Source: Bacteroidales bacterium (GTDB lineage Bacteria > Bacteroidota > Bacteroidia > Bacteroidales > UBA12481). From it: DNA of 52,254 nt. Both the position numbers and the translations under genes were made by a program. Shown here in pieces: positions 30,404 through 39,188 of the stretch. The DNA lies in NCBI GenBank assembly GCA_023145515.1, contig JAGLDP010000017.1, forward strand, positions 1-52,254, given 5' to 3'. Below the pieces are notes generated by a model. It did not search any database. It was not told the origin of the DNA and saw only the letters and a program-made list of their open reading frames with translations. The first letter of the stretch is position 1, and the number at the start of each line of letters is the position of its first letter.

Positions 30404-30627
30404 GAGTCCTGATACTATTAGATTTGAAAATGGTGTTTTTAACGCATTTCTAAATTGACACGTGTCTTGGTAAGATCTACATTGCCGCGATTTTCTGAAT
30501 TCACGAACTAAGCATTTGTATTGAAAAAGACAAATATATTTGTGTAAACAAATTATAGCTAATTCTCATCTATTTTCTGATGCTCCAATTTATAACCAAC
30601 TGTTTATCTTGACCTTACGCTGTAGTG

Positions 30628-30649
30628 AAAGTTCTGGTAGGGGCGCAAA
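30628..30649 (+). repeat. Degenerate internal copy of the tRNA 3'-end att core
   Basis: AAAGTTCTGGTAGGGGCGCAAA versus AAAGTCCTGGTGGGGCTACAAA (39096-39117). Confidence 0.55.
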
Positions 30650-30675
30650 TTTAAGAGCGTTAATATCTTAATAGC

Positions 30676-31770
30676 TTAAACAAGCGGCAGTTGGTCTTCC
30701 CCATTTTCTTTAGTTAATTCAAATATTTTGTGCCAATAGAAGAAAGCCTCCGGATTAAACTTCTTCAATCGATTTAGTCTTGGCCAATAAGGTTCTCCAA
30801 TTATCCAATCCTTCATGATTGCTGGATTTTCAAATTTTTCAATTTTAGTATGATTGAATTTGATCAGAGTAGAAACGTATGCAGCCTTTGAGGCAAAAGT
30901 GATTGCTCTATCAATATGAAATGACTCTGAGAAAATAAATCTAGAAACACGTTGAATGCCTGTTTGTAAATGGTTAAAATCACCTTTCCCATCGGCACCC
31001 CTACTTACCAAGCAAAGAGAGGTAAGGTAGATATCATCCAGCACATCCCCAATTGTTAATTTTGATAGATTTCTATATGTAAGTTCCGTGGATACAAAAT
31101 TCTCAAAAGTCTGTTTAACAAGTGCACCATCTTCTGCAATGTCCACCAGGTTACCTATGTCATAAAGTTGCTTCATGATTTCCATGCTCATACTTTTTTC
31201 TCCCTTGAAATATGGGATTCCGGTAGTATTGGGAGCGTAAGCTGTTAATTTATCTCCCAAAATATCTTCTACAGAAGGTGCTCTTACATGAATTGGATCT
31301 CCTTTTGAAAGTATGAACTTGGAGTTGACAGGAACCTCGATAATTTTAGTATACCCTACTTTTTCAAATAAGATATCGAGCAAAATACTTTCCTCAGCAT
31401 GCTGGGTTTTATGGACAGGCTGATAAAAAAACTTGTAATGAGTTTTATGAATACTTGTTGAGGTGTTGCGCTCCTGAAGTTTAAACCCTGTAAAACCTTG
31501 TTCTTCAAGCAAGGCTTTAAAAATCTCTTCCAAATTTTCAGGTTCTTTTTCAATAACAATGTCAATATCTATGGAAAGCCTTTTTGAAGAATCTAGAAGT
31601 AGCATTAAGGCAGTACCTCCCTTGAAAATAAAATCCAAATTCTGCTTCACCAAGCCCTCTAAAAGCATTAGGGCTCTAATAACCTTCTCTATAAGTATTT
31701 TATCAGCCTTTCTGTTTGCTGATGATACTTTGGTAATCCAATCTATATGTAATGAGTCTTTACTAATCAT
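30676..31770 (-). CDS. AbiEii/AbiGii-family nucleotidyltransferase toxin (type IV TA)
   Basis: IEK, FIFKGGTAL, RLSIDIDI, DKLTA, KQLYD. Confidence 0.9.
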   Translation of the reverse strand: MISKDSLHIDWITKVSSANRKADKILIEKVIRALMLLEGLVKQNLDFIFKGGTALMLLLDSSKRLSIDIDIVIEKEPENLEEIFKALLEEQGFTGFKLQERNTSTSIHKTHYKFFYQPVHKTQHAEESILLDILFEKVGYTKIIEVPVNSKFILSKGDPIHVRAPSVEDILGDKLTAYAPNTTGIPYFKGEKSMSMEIMKQLYDIGNLVDIAEDGALVKQTFENFVSTELTYRNLSKLTIGDVLDDIYLTSLCLVSRGADGKGDFNHLQTGIQRVSRFIFSESFHIDRAITFASKAAYVSTLIKFNHTKIEKFENPAIMKDWIIGEPYWPRLNRLKKFNPEAFFYWHKIFELTKENGEDQLPLV

Positions 31771-31780
31771 TTCAAATTAA

Positions 31781-31814
31781 TGGCAGTAAATCATATATGC
31801 TGCCGATATTTAGA
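31781..31814. promoter_or_regulatory. Operator-like inverted repeat at the antitoxin-toxin junction
   Basis: TGGCAGTA-N9-TGCTGCCG followed by ATATTTAGA; nearly identical to 32578-32611. Confidence 0.65.
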
Positions 31815-32547
31815 CGTTTCATTTAAATAATTATCTAATTCCTCTTTTTTCCTTCTTCTGCTAGCATAGCGTAACATTTTACTTTCGCTAATTGTGTACT
31901 TTTCAAATGCCTCATTAAAAATCTGATTCATTTCAGATCCTTGTTGAGCATTAAATATCACTGAATCACAGAATATATCAACAAGTAACTTCTCTATTGT
32001 AACGGTAGGAATTCCATCAACAAGTTGAATTGGGGCTTCTGAAACAAGTGATTTTACGATCCATGCCTCTTTTTCATCAATCATATATCGTCTAATTAAT
32101 TGCTCTGAAGGCTCCATAAAAACGGTATAGTCTCTGTCCTTCAAGTAATAGAAGACACTTTCCATGGCATCCTTATCAACTTCAATTAATTGGTAATATC
32201 TACCAGGTTGGTGAAGCATGAATTCGTTAAGCACCAAAGTATTCCAAAGACAAACTGTTAAAAAAGGAAAATCGGATTTTATCTTTTTATACAAGGAGTT
32301 TAGTTTATTTGATATTTCGGGGATGTAGGTATGTCCCTTACCGAGAGAATATTTTCCTCGTCCTATTCTATTTAAGACCCCTTCTTGTACAAGTTTGTAT
32401 ATCCTCCAATTGACAGTAGTCTTTTTCACTTCTGGTTCAAGAGAACTATAGAACTCCAACAAGTCAGAGCGCGAAAATGTAAGTTCCGATTGAAATTTAC
32501 GCTTTATGCGTTCAATATGGAGTTTATTTTGTGCGATTGTATTTCAT
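31791..32547 (-). CDS. AbiEi-like (DUF6577-type) antitoxin; ATG at 32547 is one base out of frame
   Basis: wHTH TVNWRIYKLV..G.L.RIGRGKY; EKLLVD; MLRYASRR. The frame stays open upstream of the TTG at 32462 (NTIAQNKLHIERIK...) as far as ATGAAATACA, which has one extra A. Confidence 0.78.
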
Positions 32548-32556
32548 TTGCTTGAT

Positions 32557-32611
32557 CAAATATACAAAACTATATTTTGGCATCAAAACACTATTGCTGC
32601 CGATAATTAGA
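32557..32611 (-). promoter_or_regulatory. AbiE operon promoter with overlapping operator
   Basis: -7 TATATTTG (32564-32557); -33 TTTG (32587-32584), 19-nt spacer; TGGCATCA-N9-TGCTGCCG (32578-32602) overlaps the -33 box. Confidence 0.72.
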
Positions 32612-32727
32612 TCTCAGGTCTTTCTTGGGTCTCTGATCATTATTATTTGAATTGCATTACCGATAAAGATGCAAAATATCCAAACTGCGTAATCAACTTT
32701 TGAAATTAGTTCCGGTTCGTTTAAAAA

Positions 32728-33492
32728 ATGCAAGGTTTGGAACTTCTGCGTGTGTATATGGAGATTATCTTTTTGTGTATGCTAGCAAGGGAGTCTCTTT
32801 TAGCACTACCGGAAAAGTGTTATGCCTATGGTGATGGTGAATTGTTTAAGTCTCAGGATTTTGGATTCAATTGGGAACATACTAGTACAACGCATTTGGG
32901 CCATTTGAGGTCATTAACAATGTTAGATGGGTTATTATTTGGACAATCATTCTTAAATGGATATAAAGTGTTTTTATCAAATGATAATGGGATGAACTGG
33001 GAGATTGAAGATGGGTATAGGTATCAAACTGTTGATGATCAAGGGGTATTGCATGCTTTGTCTGGTGACTCCATTCTCACTTCGTATGATTTTGGTGTGA
33101 CATGGATCCAAAAATTTTCATTGCCAGAGGGCACAGATGCCAGTACCATCTGTTGTTCGGGTGAAGATCTATTTGTTATTGATGTTTATGGTAGTATATA
33201 TACGATTAAAACAAATAATTCTCTATCTACTGATCCAATCAAACATCAATTTAATTTCACCCTCTACCCAAATCCCTGTGCTAATGAGATTCATATTTCG
33301 AATCCATCTTTAATTCAAGTCGTTACTGTCAATATTTTGGATATGAACGGTCGCATTATGAAATCTATCAAGACCAACACATTGATCGCTGATATTAAAA
33401 TACCTACGGCCGATCTGACAAATGGAAAGTATATTCTACAGGTACAAGGGAATGATAAAACCTATTCCTCAACCTTCATTAAACTAAACTAA
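32728..33492 (+). pseudogene. 5'-truncated BNR/Asp-box protein with T9SS CTD
   Basis: SQDFGFNW, SNDNGMNW, SYDFGVTW; CTD LYPNPC...GKYIL...FIK; no credible signal peptide. Confidence 0.65.
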
Positions 33493-33945
33493 TTCAACCA
33501 GTTCAACGGTAGTATAGAAGTAATTAATCCAGATCTGGATTTATGTAGCTGGTCCACCAGAAGGATGTTCAGATGGAAAACTTTTTCACTCAGTTAACCA
33601 AATAGGAATCTCTCAGAATGAATTCTTGCTATATCCTCAAATTCTTTGCCAAATACTTTTTTAAAATCGATAAAATATTGCTGTCTGTGGACAATAGTTC
33701 AATGATTCAACAGTAATTCATTTCTTATTGCAGTTTAACCATCATCTCGATAAAATCGTGTCATATTGACAATTGCCTCTCACCCTTCCAAAATCCCAAT
33801 CAGTGCAGACAGTTTGGCCAAATCCTCCCAAAAAAGGTTCGACATTTCTCCCGTCGTCTCCACGTAAACAATTCTTTGAAAGCTCGGATTATTTCGATGA
33901 AGTGACTTCCACTGAAGTTTGTAAATCTTGCCATCAATAACTAAA
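33491..33945 (-). pseudogene. Probable decayed ORF of unknown function
   Basis: One minus frame gives protein-like text (LVIDGKIYKLQW...FWEDLAKLSALIGILEG*...QYFIDFKKVFGKEFEDIAR) broken by several stops. Confidence 0.3.
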
Positions 33946-33947
33946 GA

Positions 33948-35099
33948 TTAAAAGCTAATAAACAGCAAATAGGAAACACCGTCATTTTCAACTTTTTCAG
34001 AAGTGAGAGTATCCCTGTTCAATAGTTTCTCTCCCTCTGGATCAAGCTCTTGAATTACATTCTTTAGATCAAGCCCAGTAGTTGAATAAACTAATTGCTC
34101 ATCAAGGAATCCAATGACATTCCTATTTAAACCCATAAACTCCTGTCCTACTTTCTTTTGATATGTTTTAATTGTTGTAACAGTTTTATCCTTTTTGTTA
34201 TAAAATGACTCAAAAACCTCCTGATTATAAATATATTTTATCATTATCAAGTTGCTACTTTCATAGAAAGATTGATTGAAAACTTCGCCCATCAGATCGA
34301 AAGAGGGATTCTTAGTTCCGATTGAAATAACCGGTTTGTCGAAGGCAATGTTATACTTCTTATAACAAGAATCCTTTTCGATTCTGAAAATTTCATCAGA
34401 GAACCTGGGCATGAAGTCTACAAATTCTTCAAAACGCTGAAGTCGAAAATGGCTACCACCTCCTCCAATTACAGGTTCATCAAATGGGATATATTTTTGC
34501 AATAATCCCCCCTCTCTGTCGACAAGTGCAATTTTGAAGTTGTAACCCTCAAAATATAGGTTCGTATTTCGTTGAATCACTAATTCATTGGAGCTCCAGG
34601 GTGCGAAAGACAACAAAACCTCTTGAACAGTATCAAGCCTAAAAGTTCGGGTTTCTTTAAAAATGAAATCCTGAGTGTAAATGTGTAAAGCCTTTTTGCC
34701 CGAATCAACAATCCAGATATCTCTATTAATTGGATCAATATCAAAATCAACCATATTGATGTATTCTCCTGGTCCCTCGCCATTGTTGGATAAAACTCCT
34801 TTTATCTGCCCCTTTGAGTCAAGTTTAAATATCTGCTCTCCAGCCATAATCTTATTAAGAATATAGAGCTCATCGGCAGCCCCTTGTAGCTTCATAATCC
34901 ACTGTAAATGTGCTGTTGTATCCTCCTCAACTCGTAAAATCCGAATACTTTTAATTATATCTGTTTCATTTACCAACACAGATTTGTCAATATCGATATT
35001 AATCGTTTCGACATCGTTCTCAATATTCTTTGCAAAGCACTGAACGAATAGTAAAACGATACTGGTAAAAATGGATGTCTTTATAATATTCTTTATCAT
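33948..35099 (-). CDS. 6-bladed beta-propeller lipoprotein
   Basis: Start MIKNIIKTSIF..FVQC at 35099; NNGEGPGEY; DFDID. Confidence 0.8.
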   Translation of the reverse strand: MIKNIIKTSIFTSIVLLFVQCFAKNIENDVETINIDIDKSVLVNETDIIKSIRILRVEEDTTAHLQWIMKLQGAADELYILNKIMAGEQIFKLDSKGQIKGVLSNNGEGPGEYINMVDFDIDPINRDIWIVDSGKKALHIYTQDFIFKETRTFRLDTVQEVLLSFAPWSSNELVIQRNTNLYFEGYNFKIALVDREGGLLQKYIPFDEPVIGGGGSHFRLQRFEEFVDFMPRFSDEIFRIEKDSCYKKYNIAFDKPVISIGTKNPSFDLMGEVFNQSFYESSNLIMIKYIYNQEVFESFYNKKDKTVTTIKTYQKKVGQEFMGLNRNVIGFLDEQLVYSTTGLDLKNVIQELDPEGEKLLNRDTLTSEKVENDGVSYLLFISF

Positions 35100-35109
35100 G
35101 ACTTTGGAT

Positions 35110-36270
35110 TTATAGTAACTCGATGAGTAACTTCTTAACCTCTGATGCCGTTGGATTAATGGCGAGGATCTCTCCCTTCTCATCAACCAGGATAGTTCCA
35201 CCTCCGGAGTTAGAAACTCCATATTTATCCCAGATACCGTTCTGATTGTTCAACTCAACCAAATTAATCCAAGGAAATTTTTCTTTCGCCATCCTTTTTC
35301 TCAAAGCATCTGTATTATTAAACTCACCGGCAACTCCAACAATGGTAAAACCTTTACCCACAAATTCTTTGAATATGGGAATCATGGTTCTTGAATTTTC
35401 AATACATGGGCCACACCAACTTGCCCATAGATCGATCAATGCGATTTTACTCTTAATTTCGTCAGACAATCTTATCTGATTTCCTTCAATATCTGGCAGG
35501 GTGAAGTCAATAAATGTTCCACCAATTTTTATATTGTCTAATCCATCAAGCAAATTTTCAACAATGCTGTTATATGGATGATCAGAGTGTTTTTTAAGAA
35601 AAATAGAATAGTCCTTTTTTAACTGATTGATATTGGGATTCTCATTACTTGGATCCTGGATATTTATTATGAACCAATAATATGCAGGAACAGAGTATTC
35701 AAATCCCTCATAATCATATCGCCAGGCGGATATTTCTTCCATAATCTTGAAACTTTGCTCTCTCAGAGCTGTTGCTTTTGGAGTAGTCTGAAGGTTGGTT
35801 GAGTCTGTGAAATAATTACCCTCCTTGAGTAAAACATCAATGGAGTCATTGTAGGGCTGACACTTTGTATTGAAATCGTCTAAAAATTGATTGTATCGAG
35901 AGTAATACATCTGATTAAGTTTGCCTCCTGATATCTTATTTTCACTTGCTCTTAGCATAGTGTGAAGTTTAAATTCAATGAGGCCCCCATCTGGAAAAAA
36001 CAGATTTTGATAAAAAGGTTCATCAGGAAAAACTAACGCATAAGCTTCACATTCAGAAATATTTAGCTCATAGGTAAAAGAATTGTTATTTACAGGTATT
36101 TTGATTTCTAGTCCTGTATCAAACTCTAATCCTTTTGTTAATAGTATTGTATCTATTTTGTGATCTACAATTTCCCCACTTAGTATACAAGTCTTCGGCG
36201 ATTCCTGTCCAGTGCATGTACATAGCAGACATAGGAGTCCCATTAATGAAAGAGATATTATTATTTTCAT
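35110..36270 (-). CDS. TlpA/AhpC-TSA-family lipoprotein with N-terminal DUF4369-like domain
   Basis: Signal peptide with Cys; DFTLPD..G..LSD; IDLWASWCGPC. Confidence 0.88.
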   Translation of the reverse strand: MKIIISLSLMGLLCLLCTCTGQESPKTCILSGEIVDHKIDTILLTKGLEFDTGLEIKIPVNNNSFTYELNISECEAYALVFPDEPFYQNLFFPDGGLIEFKLHTMLRASENKISGGKLNQMYYSRYNQFLDDFNTKCQPYNDSIDVLLKEGNYFTDSTNLQTTPKATALREQSFKIMEEISAWRYDYEGFEYSVPAYYWFIINIQDPSNENPNINQLKKDYSIFLKKHSDHPYNSIVENLLDGLDNIKIGGTFIDFTLPDIEGNQIRLSDEIKSKIALIDLWASWCGPCIENSRTMIPIFKEFVGKGFTIVGVAGEFNNTDALRKRMAKEKFPWINLVELNNQNGIWDKYGVSNSGGGTILVDEKGEILAINPTASEVKKLLIELL

Positions 36271-36297
36271 TTCAAATAAATTTAGGGTTCGTAATTC

Positions 36298-36981
36298 TTA
36301 TTCCTTGGATTTCAAGTCTTTGAAGAATTGATCCCGATAGCTCATCCCTATGGGAATCATTTGTTCACCAATCCTGATTTTATTTCGTTCTATGCTATCT
36401 ATTTTGTCTAATGAAACAACATAAGATTTATGCACTCGCATAAACTTGCTTCTTGGCAATCTACATTCAAGATTCTTGAAACTCTGCAAAGTCATTATTT
36501 TAGATTGTGAGGAAACAATTTTCAAGTAGCCCCCCTGTCCTTCAACGTATAGAATATCAGAAAAATCAATGCGCTCCATACGATATTCTGTCTTCACAAA
36601 CATATATTCTCTGGGTAGATCACCATTAGTATCATTCTGAACTTAATCGACGGCTTTTAAGAACCTTTCGAATGAATAGGGTTTTAAAAGATAATCAGTT
36701 ACAGAATAGTCGAAGCCTTTAACCGCATATTCGCTGTATGCCGAAACAATAATTATCTTCGGGTGCTTTGCTAATGACTCCAAAAACTGCAAGCCCGTAA
36801 ACACCTCCATTTGGATATCCAGAAAAACCAAATCCACTTGCTGAGTTTTCATAAAAGAAAGAGCTTCAATTCCATTAGTGAATGATCCCAATAAATTTAA
36901 TAAAGGAACCTCGCCTATGAACCTTTCCAGCTTCTCGATGGCAAGAGGTGTATCGTCAATTACTATGCAATTAATTGTCAT
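36298..36981 (-). pseudogene. LytR/AlgR response regulator interrupted by one in-frame TAA
   Basis: REC half (IDD, FLDIQM, DYLLKP) and LytTR half (FMRVHKSY) share one frame; KAVD-TAA-VQND at 36645-36643. Confidence 0.9.
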
Positions 36982-38002
36982 TCGTGGTAATTCTTAGGAA
37001 AACCTTAAAGCTATCATCCTCTTCCTTAATTTCCAGTTTATGCTTTTCAGGATATATCAATTCAAGTCTTCTCTTGATAATATCCAATCCAACACCGCTG
37101 GAATCATCTTTAGTTATCAGTTTAGTTTTATCCGCCAGATTTCTTGATTCGAAAGTTACAATATCACCCTCAATTGAGAATTGAAATTGTATGGCATCAT
37201 CAATTTCTTTGTCAGTACAGTGTTTAAAAGCGTTTTCTACAAAAGAGACAAACATAATCGGTGCAATTGAAATATTCTCTGGTGCACCCTTAACAGTTAA
37301 TGATACCAGATTCTTATTGGCATATTGTATTGCCTGAAGTTCAATATAGTTCTCAATATGCTTTATTTCACTAGCCAAGGATACCTTATTTACCTTAGTG
37401 TCATATATCATATACCTCATAATCTCAGAGAGTTTCACGAGAGTCTCAGAGGCTTTTTCTGCATTACTTTTGATCAAACTGTCTATGTTATTTAGGGTAT
37501 TGAAGAAAAAATGAGGACTAATTTGATTTTTAAGTAGATTTAATTCACCCTGCAAATTCTGTTTCTGTAGTTCCTCAGATTTGATTTTTAATTTAATCCA
37601 ATCAATTGCAAACCTGAATAGGCTTCCTAGAATTGCTGTGAGAAGATTGGCCGAATAAAATCTTATGAAAGTCACCACAGCCTGCAATTCCTTACCTCCA
37701 CTATTCAAATATAAATACAAAGCAATAGAGATAATGGTTAAGAGTAGAATAGCCCCAGTTTTATATCCATAATTTCTTTCGGCAAATATCTTTGGTTTAA
37801 GAAAATAGAACAAATAGAAAATGATTATGTAAAATATTGCACGAACGATAATATGGGGAGCCACCATATTGATGAAATCCTTAAAAAGTATCATTTCTTG
37901 ATATGGTGGTATAAATGTACCTATCCATTTATTTAAAAACATAAATACTCCAAGAACGACCCACGATAAAATATGGATTATAAGGATTGTTTGTTTTTTC
38001 AT
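36971..38002 (-). CDS. LytS-like sensor histidine kinase
   Basis: 4 TM segments; LKNQISPHFFFNTLNNI; FVENAFKH; GVGL..IKRRL. Confidence 0.92.
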   Translation of the reverse strand: MKKQTILIIHILSWVVLGVFMFLNKWIGTFIPPYQEMILFKDFINMVAPHIIVRAIFYIIIFYLFYFLKPKIFAERNYGYKTGAILLLTIISIALYLYLNSGGKELQAVVTFIRFYSANLLTAILGSLFRFAIDWIKLKIKSEELQKQNLQGELNLLKNQISPHFFFNTLNNIDSLIKSNAEKASETLVKLSEIMRYMIYDTKVNKVSLASEIKHIENYIELQAIQYANKNLVSLTVKGAPENISIAPIMFVSFVENAFKHCTDKEIDDAIQFQFSIEGDIVTFESRNLADKTKLITKDDSSGVGLDIIKRRLELIYPEKHKLEIKEEDDSFKVFLRITTNDN

Positions 38003-38067
38003 AGAGCTTGTCGCTGGATTCTTGTTAGAACAAAAAACAACATTATCAACCTTAAATCAAAATGCAA

Positions 38068-38358
38068 TTAACGAACGAAGGGATTTTGTGCATGAAGGAA
38101 TAGAAAAGTGTATTCAACCTTCTGAAATACAGAAAAAGATTCGCCTGTTTCAAGTTCTAAATCATAAAGATGATCTCTGAAAACACCTTCTTGCTTTAGA
38201 TCTGTATGATAGCCCGTTAAGATTAGAATATCCCAATCAGATGTCTTTTTTGCATCCCCTCTTGCTCGAGAGCCATAGAGTGCTACCTCGGCTTGAGGAT
38301 CTATCTGACTGATTCTCATACGAATCATATTGGCAATATTCTTGTCTCTATCTAACAT
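38068..38358 (-). pseudogene. Minimal nucleotidyltransferase (MNT antitoxin-like), probably 3'-truncated, no HEPN partner
   Basis: LYGSRARGD...SDWDILI; C-terminus looks aberrant. Confidence 0.7.
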
Positions 38359-38521
38359 ATTCCAAATCTAATGATTTTCTAATCATCAACTCGAATGTGA
38401 CCAGGACCAACGGCTGGAACAACTAAGAAAAGAAAGAGACTAACATTAAAGAATAGTTTCATTATAGTTTTTGTCTACTCATTGCTTATGTTTTCCTATT
38501 AAACTTTTGGCTTGTGTGCCT

Positions 38522-38803
38522 TTATCTCGCAATTAATTGAACAGAGAGATCCAGAGCATTTGCGACCAATAAAAGATTTGAGATCTTTATATCCTCTCCA
38601 TTTTCAATTCGTGAGATATAAGGGCGTTTTTTACCAACTGCCTCAGCTAGTGCTTCTTGACTCATTTTTAATTCCTTTCTGCGATTTCTTATAATCTCTC
38701 CAAAATAATAGGAATAGGCTTTTTCTCTGAATTTTTCTCGACTCTTAGATCCTTTTTCGCCATATCGCTCCGCTAAAATATCTTTTGCTTTTATTGTTTT
38801 CAT
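38522..38803 (-). CDS. XRE/HigA-type HTH antitoxin-like regulator (orphan)
   Basis: YG.KG...RE.F; IRNRRKELKMSQEALAEAVGKKRPYISRIENG. Confidence 0.82.
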   Translation of the reverse strand: MKTIKAKDILAERYGEKGSKSREKFREKAYSYYFGEIIRNRRKELKMSQEALAEAVGKKRPYISRIENGEDIKISNLLLVANALDLSVQLIAR

Positions 38804-38864
38804 AACTTCCTGTTTTTTAACTTTTTAACAAAATTCGTATGTAATGTCAATTTCTCTCCTAGTA

Positions 38865-38885
38865 CAAATGTAACGTTTTCGTTAC
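38865..38885 (-). promoter_or_regulatory. Promoter -7 box and palindromic operator of the HigA-like gene
   Basis: TACATTTG (38872-38865) overlapping GTAACG-TTTT-CGTTAC (38870-38885). Confidence 0.65.
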
Positions 38886-39097
38886 GATTAGGCAAGTTTG
38901 ATAAATAGAAATTATATTCACTTGTGGTTCGGATTATCTATCTCTTAAAGTCGAGGCTTTATTCTTTGCTTTGAATATGAGAATTCACCAAATTCGTTCA
39001 ATAATTCAGTGTGAAACATATTATAGCTTATTTTTATTGCTTTTTTGAATTTGCATATCTTAATCTGCTATTAATGTGTTATTTTTGATATTGATAA

Positions 39098-39114
39098 AGT
39101 CCTGGTGGGGCTAC
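39098..39114 (+). repeat. attR: duplicate of the tRNA-Arg 3' end
   Basis: AGTCCTGGTGGGGCTAC, identical to 26511-26527. Confidence 0.9.
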
Positions 39115-39188
39115 AAAGTAAAAGCATGAAGGATAGTATCCTTATCTGCAAGAAAGTACCCATAGCTTATTTTTAATAACAATATATC

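Larger units (their letters stand above)
26511..39114. mobile_element. tRNA-Arg-anchored genomic island (~12.6 kb) without a recognisable integrase
   Basis: Exact 17-bp direct repeat AGTCCTGGTGGGGCTAC at 26511-26527 (tRNA 3' end) and 39098-39114; interior rich in pseudogenes, TA genes and IS debris. Confidence 0.85.

Noticed and set aside
33545-33562. Inverted partial att match (TTCTGGTGGACCAGCTAC on minus strand)
   Set aside because: Needs a multi-base indel, is in the wrong orientation and lies in a decayed reading frame; likely chance
35100-35222. N-terminal extension of the third propeller gene
   Set aside because: Overlaps the TlpA gene; the signal peptide begins at 35099
36643-36645. 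Programmed stop read-through or recoding in the LytTR gene
   Set aside because: The codon is TAA rather than TGA/TAG, I see no recoding hairpin, and TAA is the usual stop in this window
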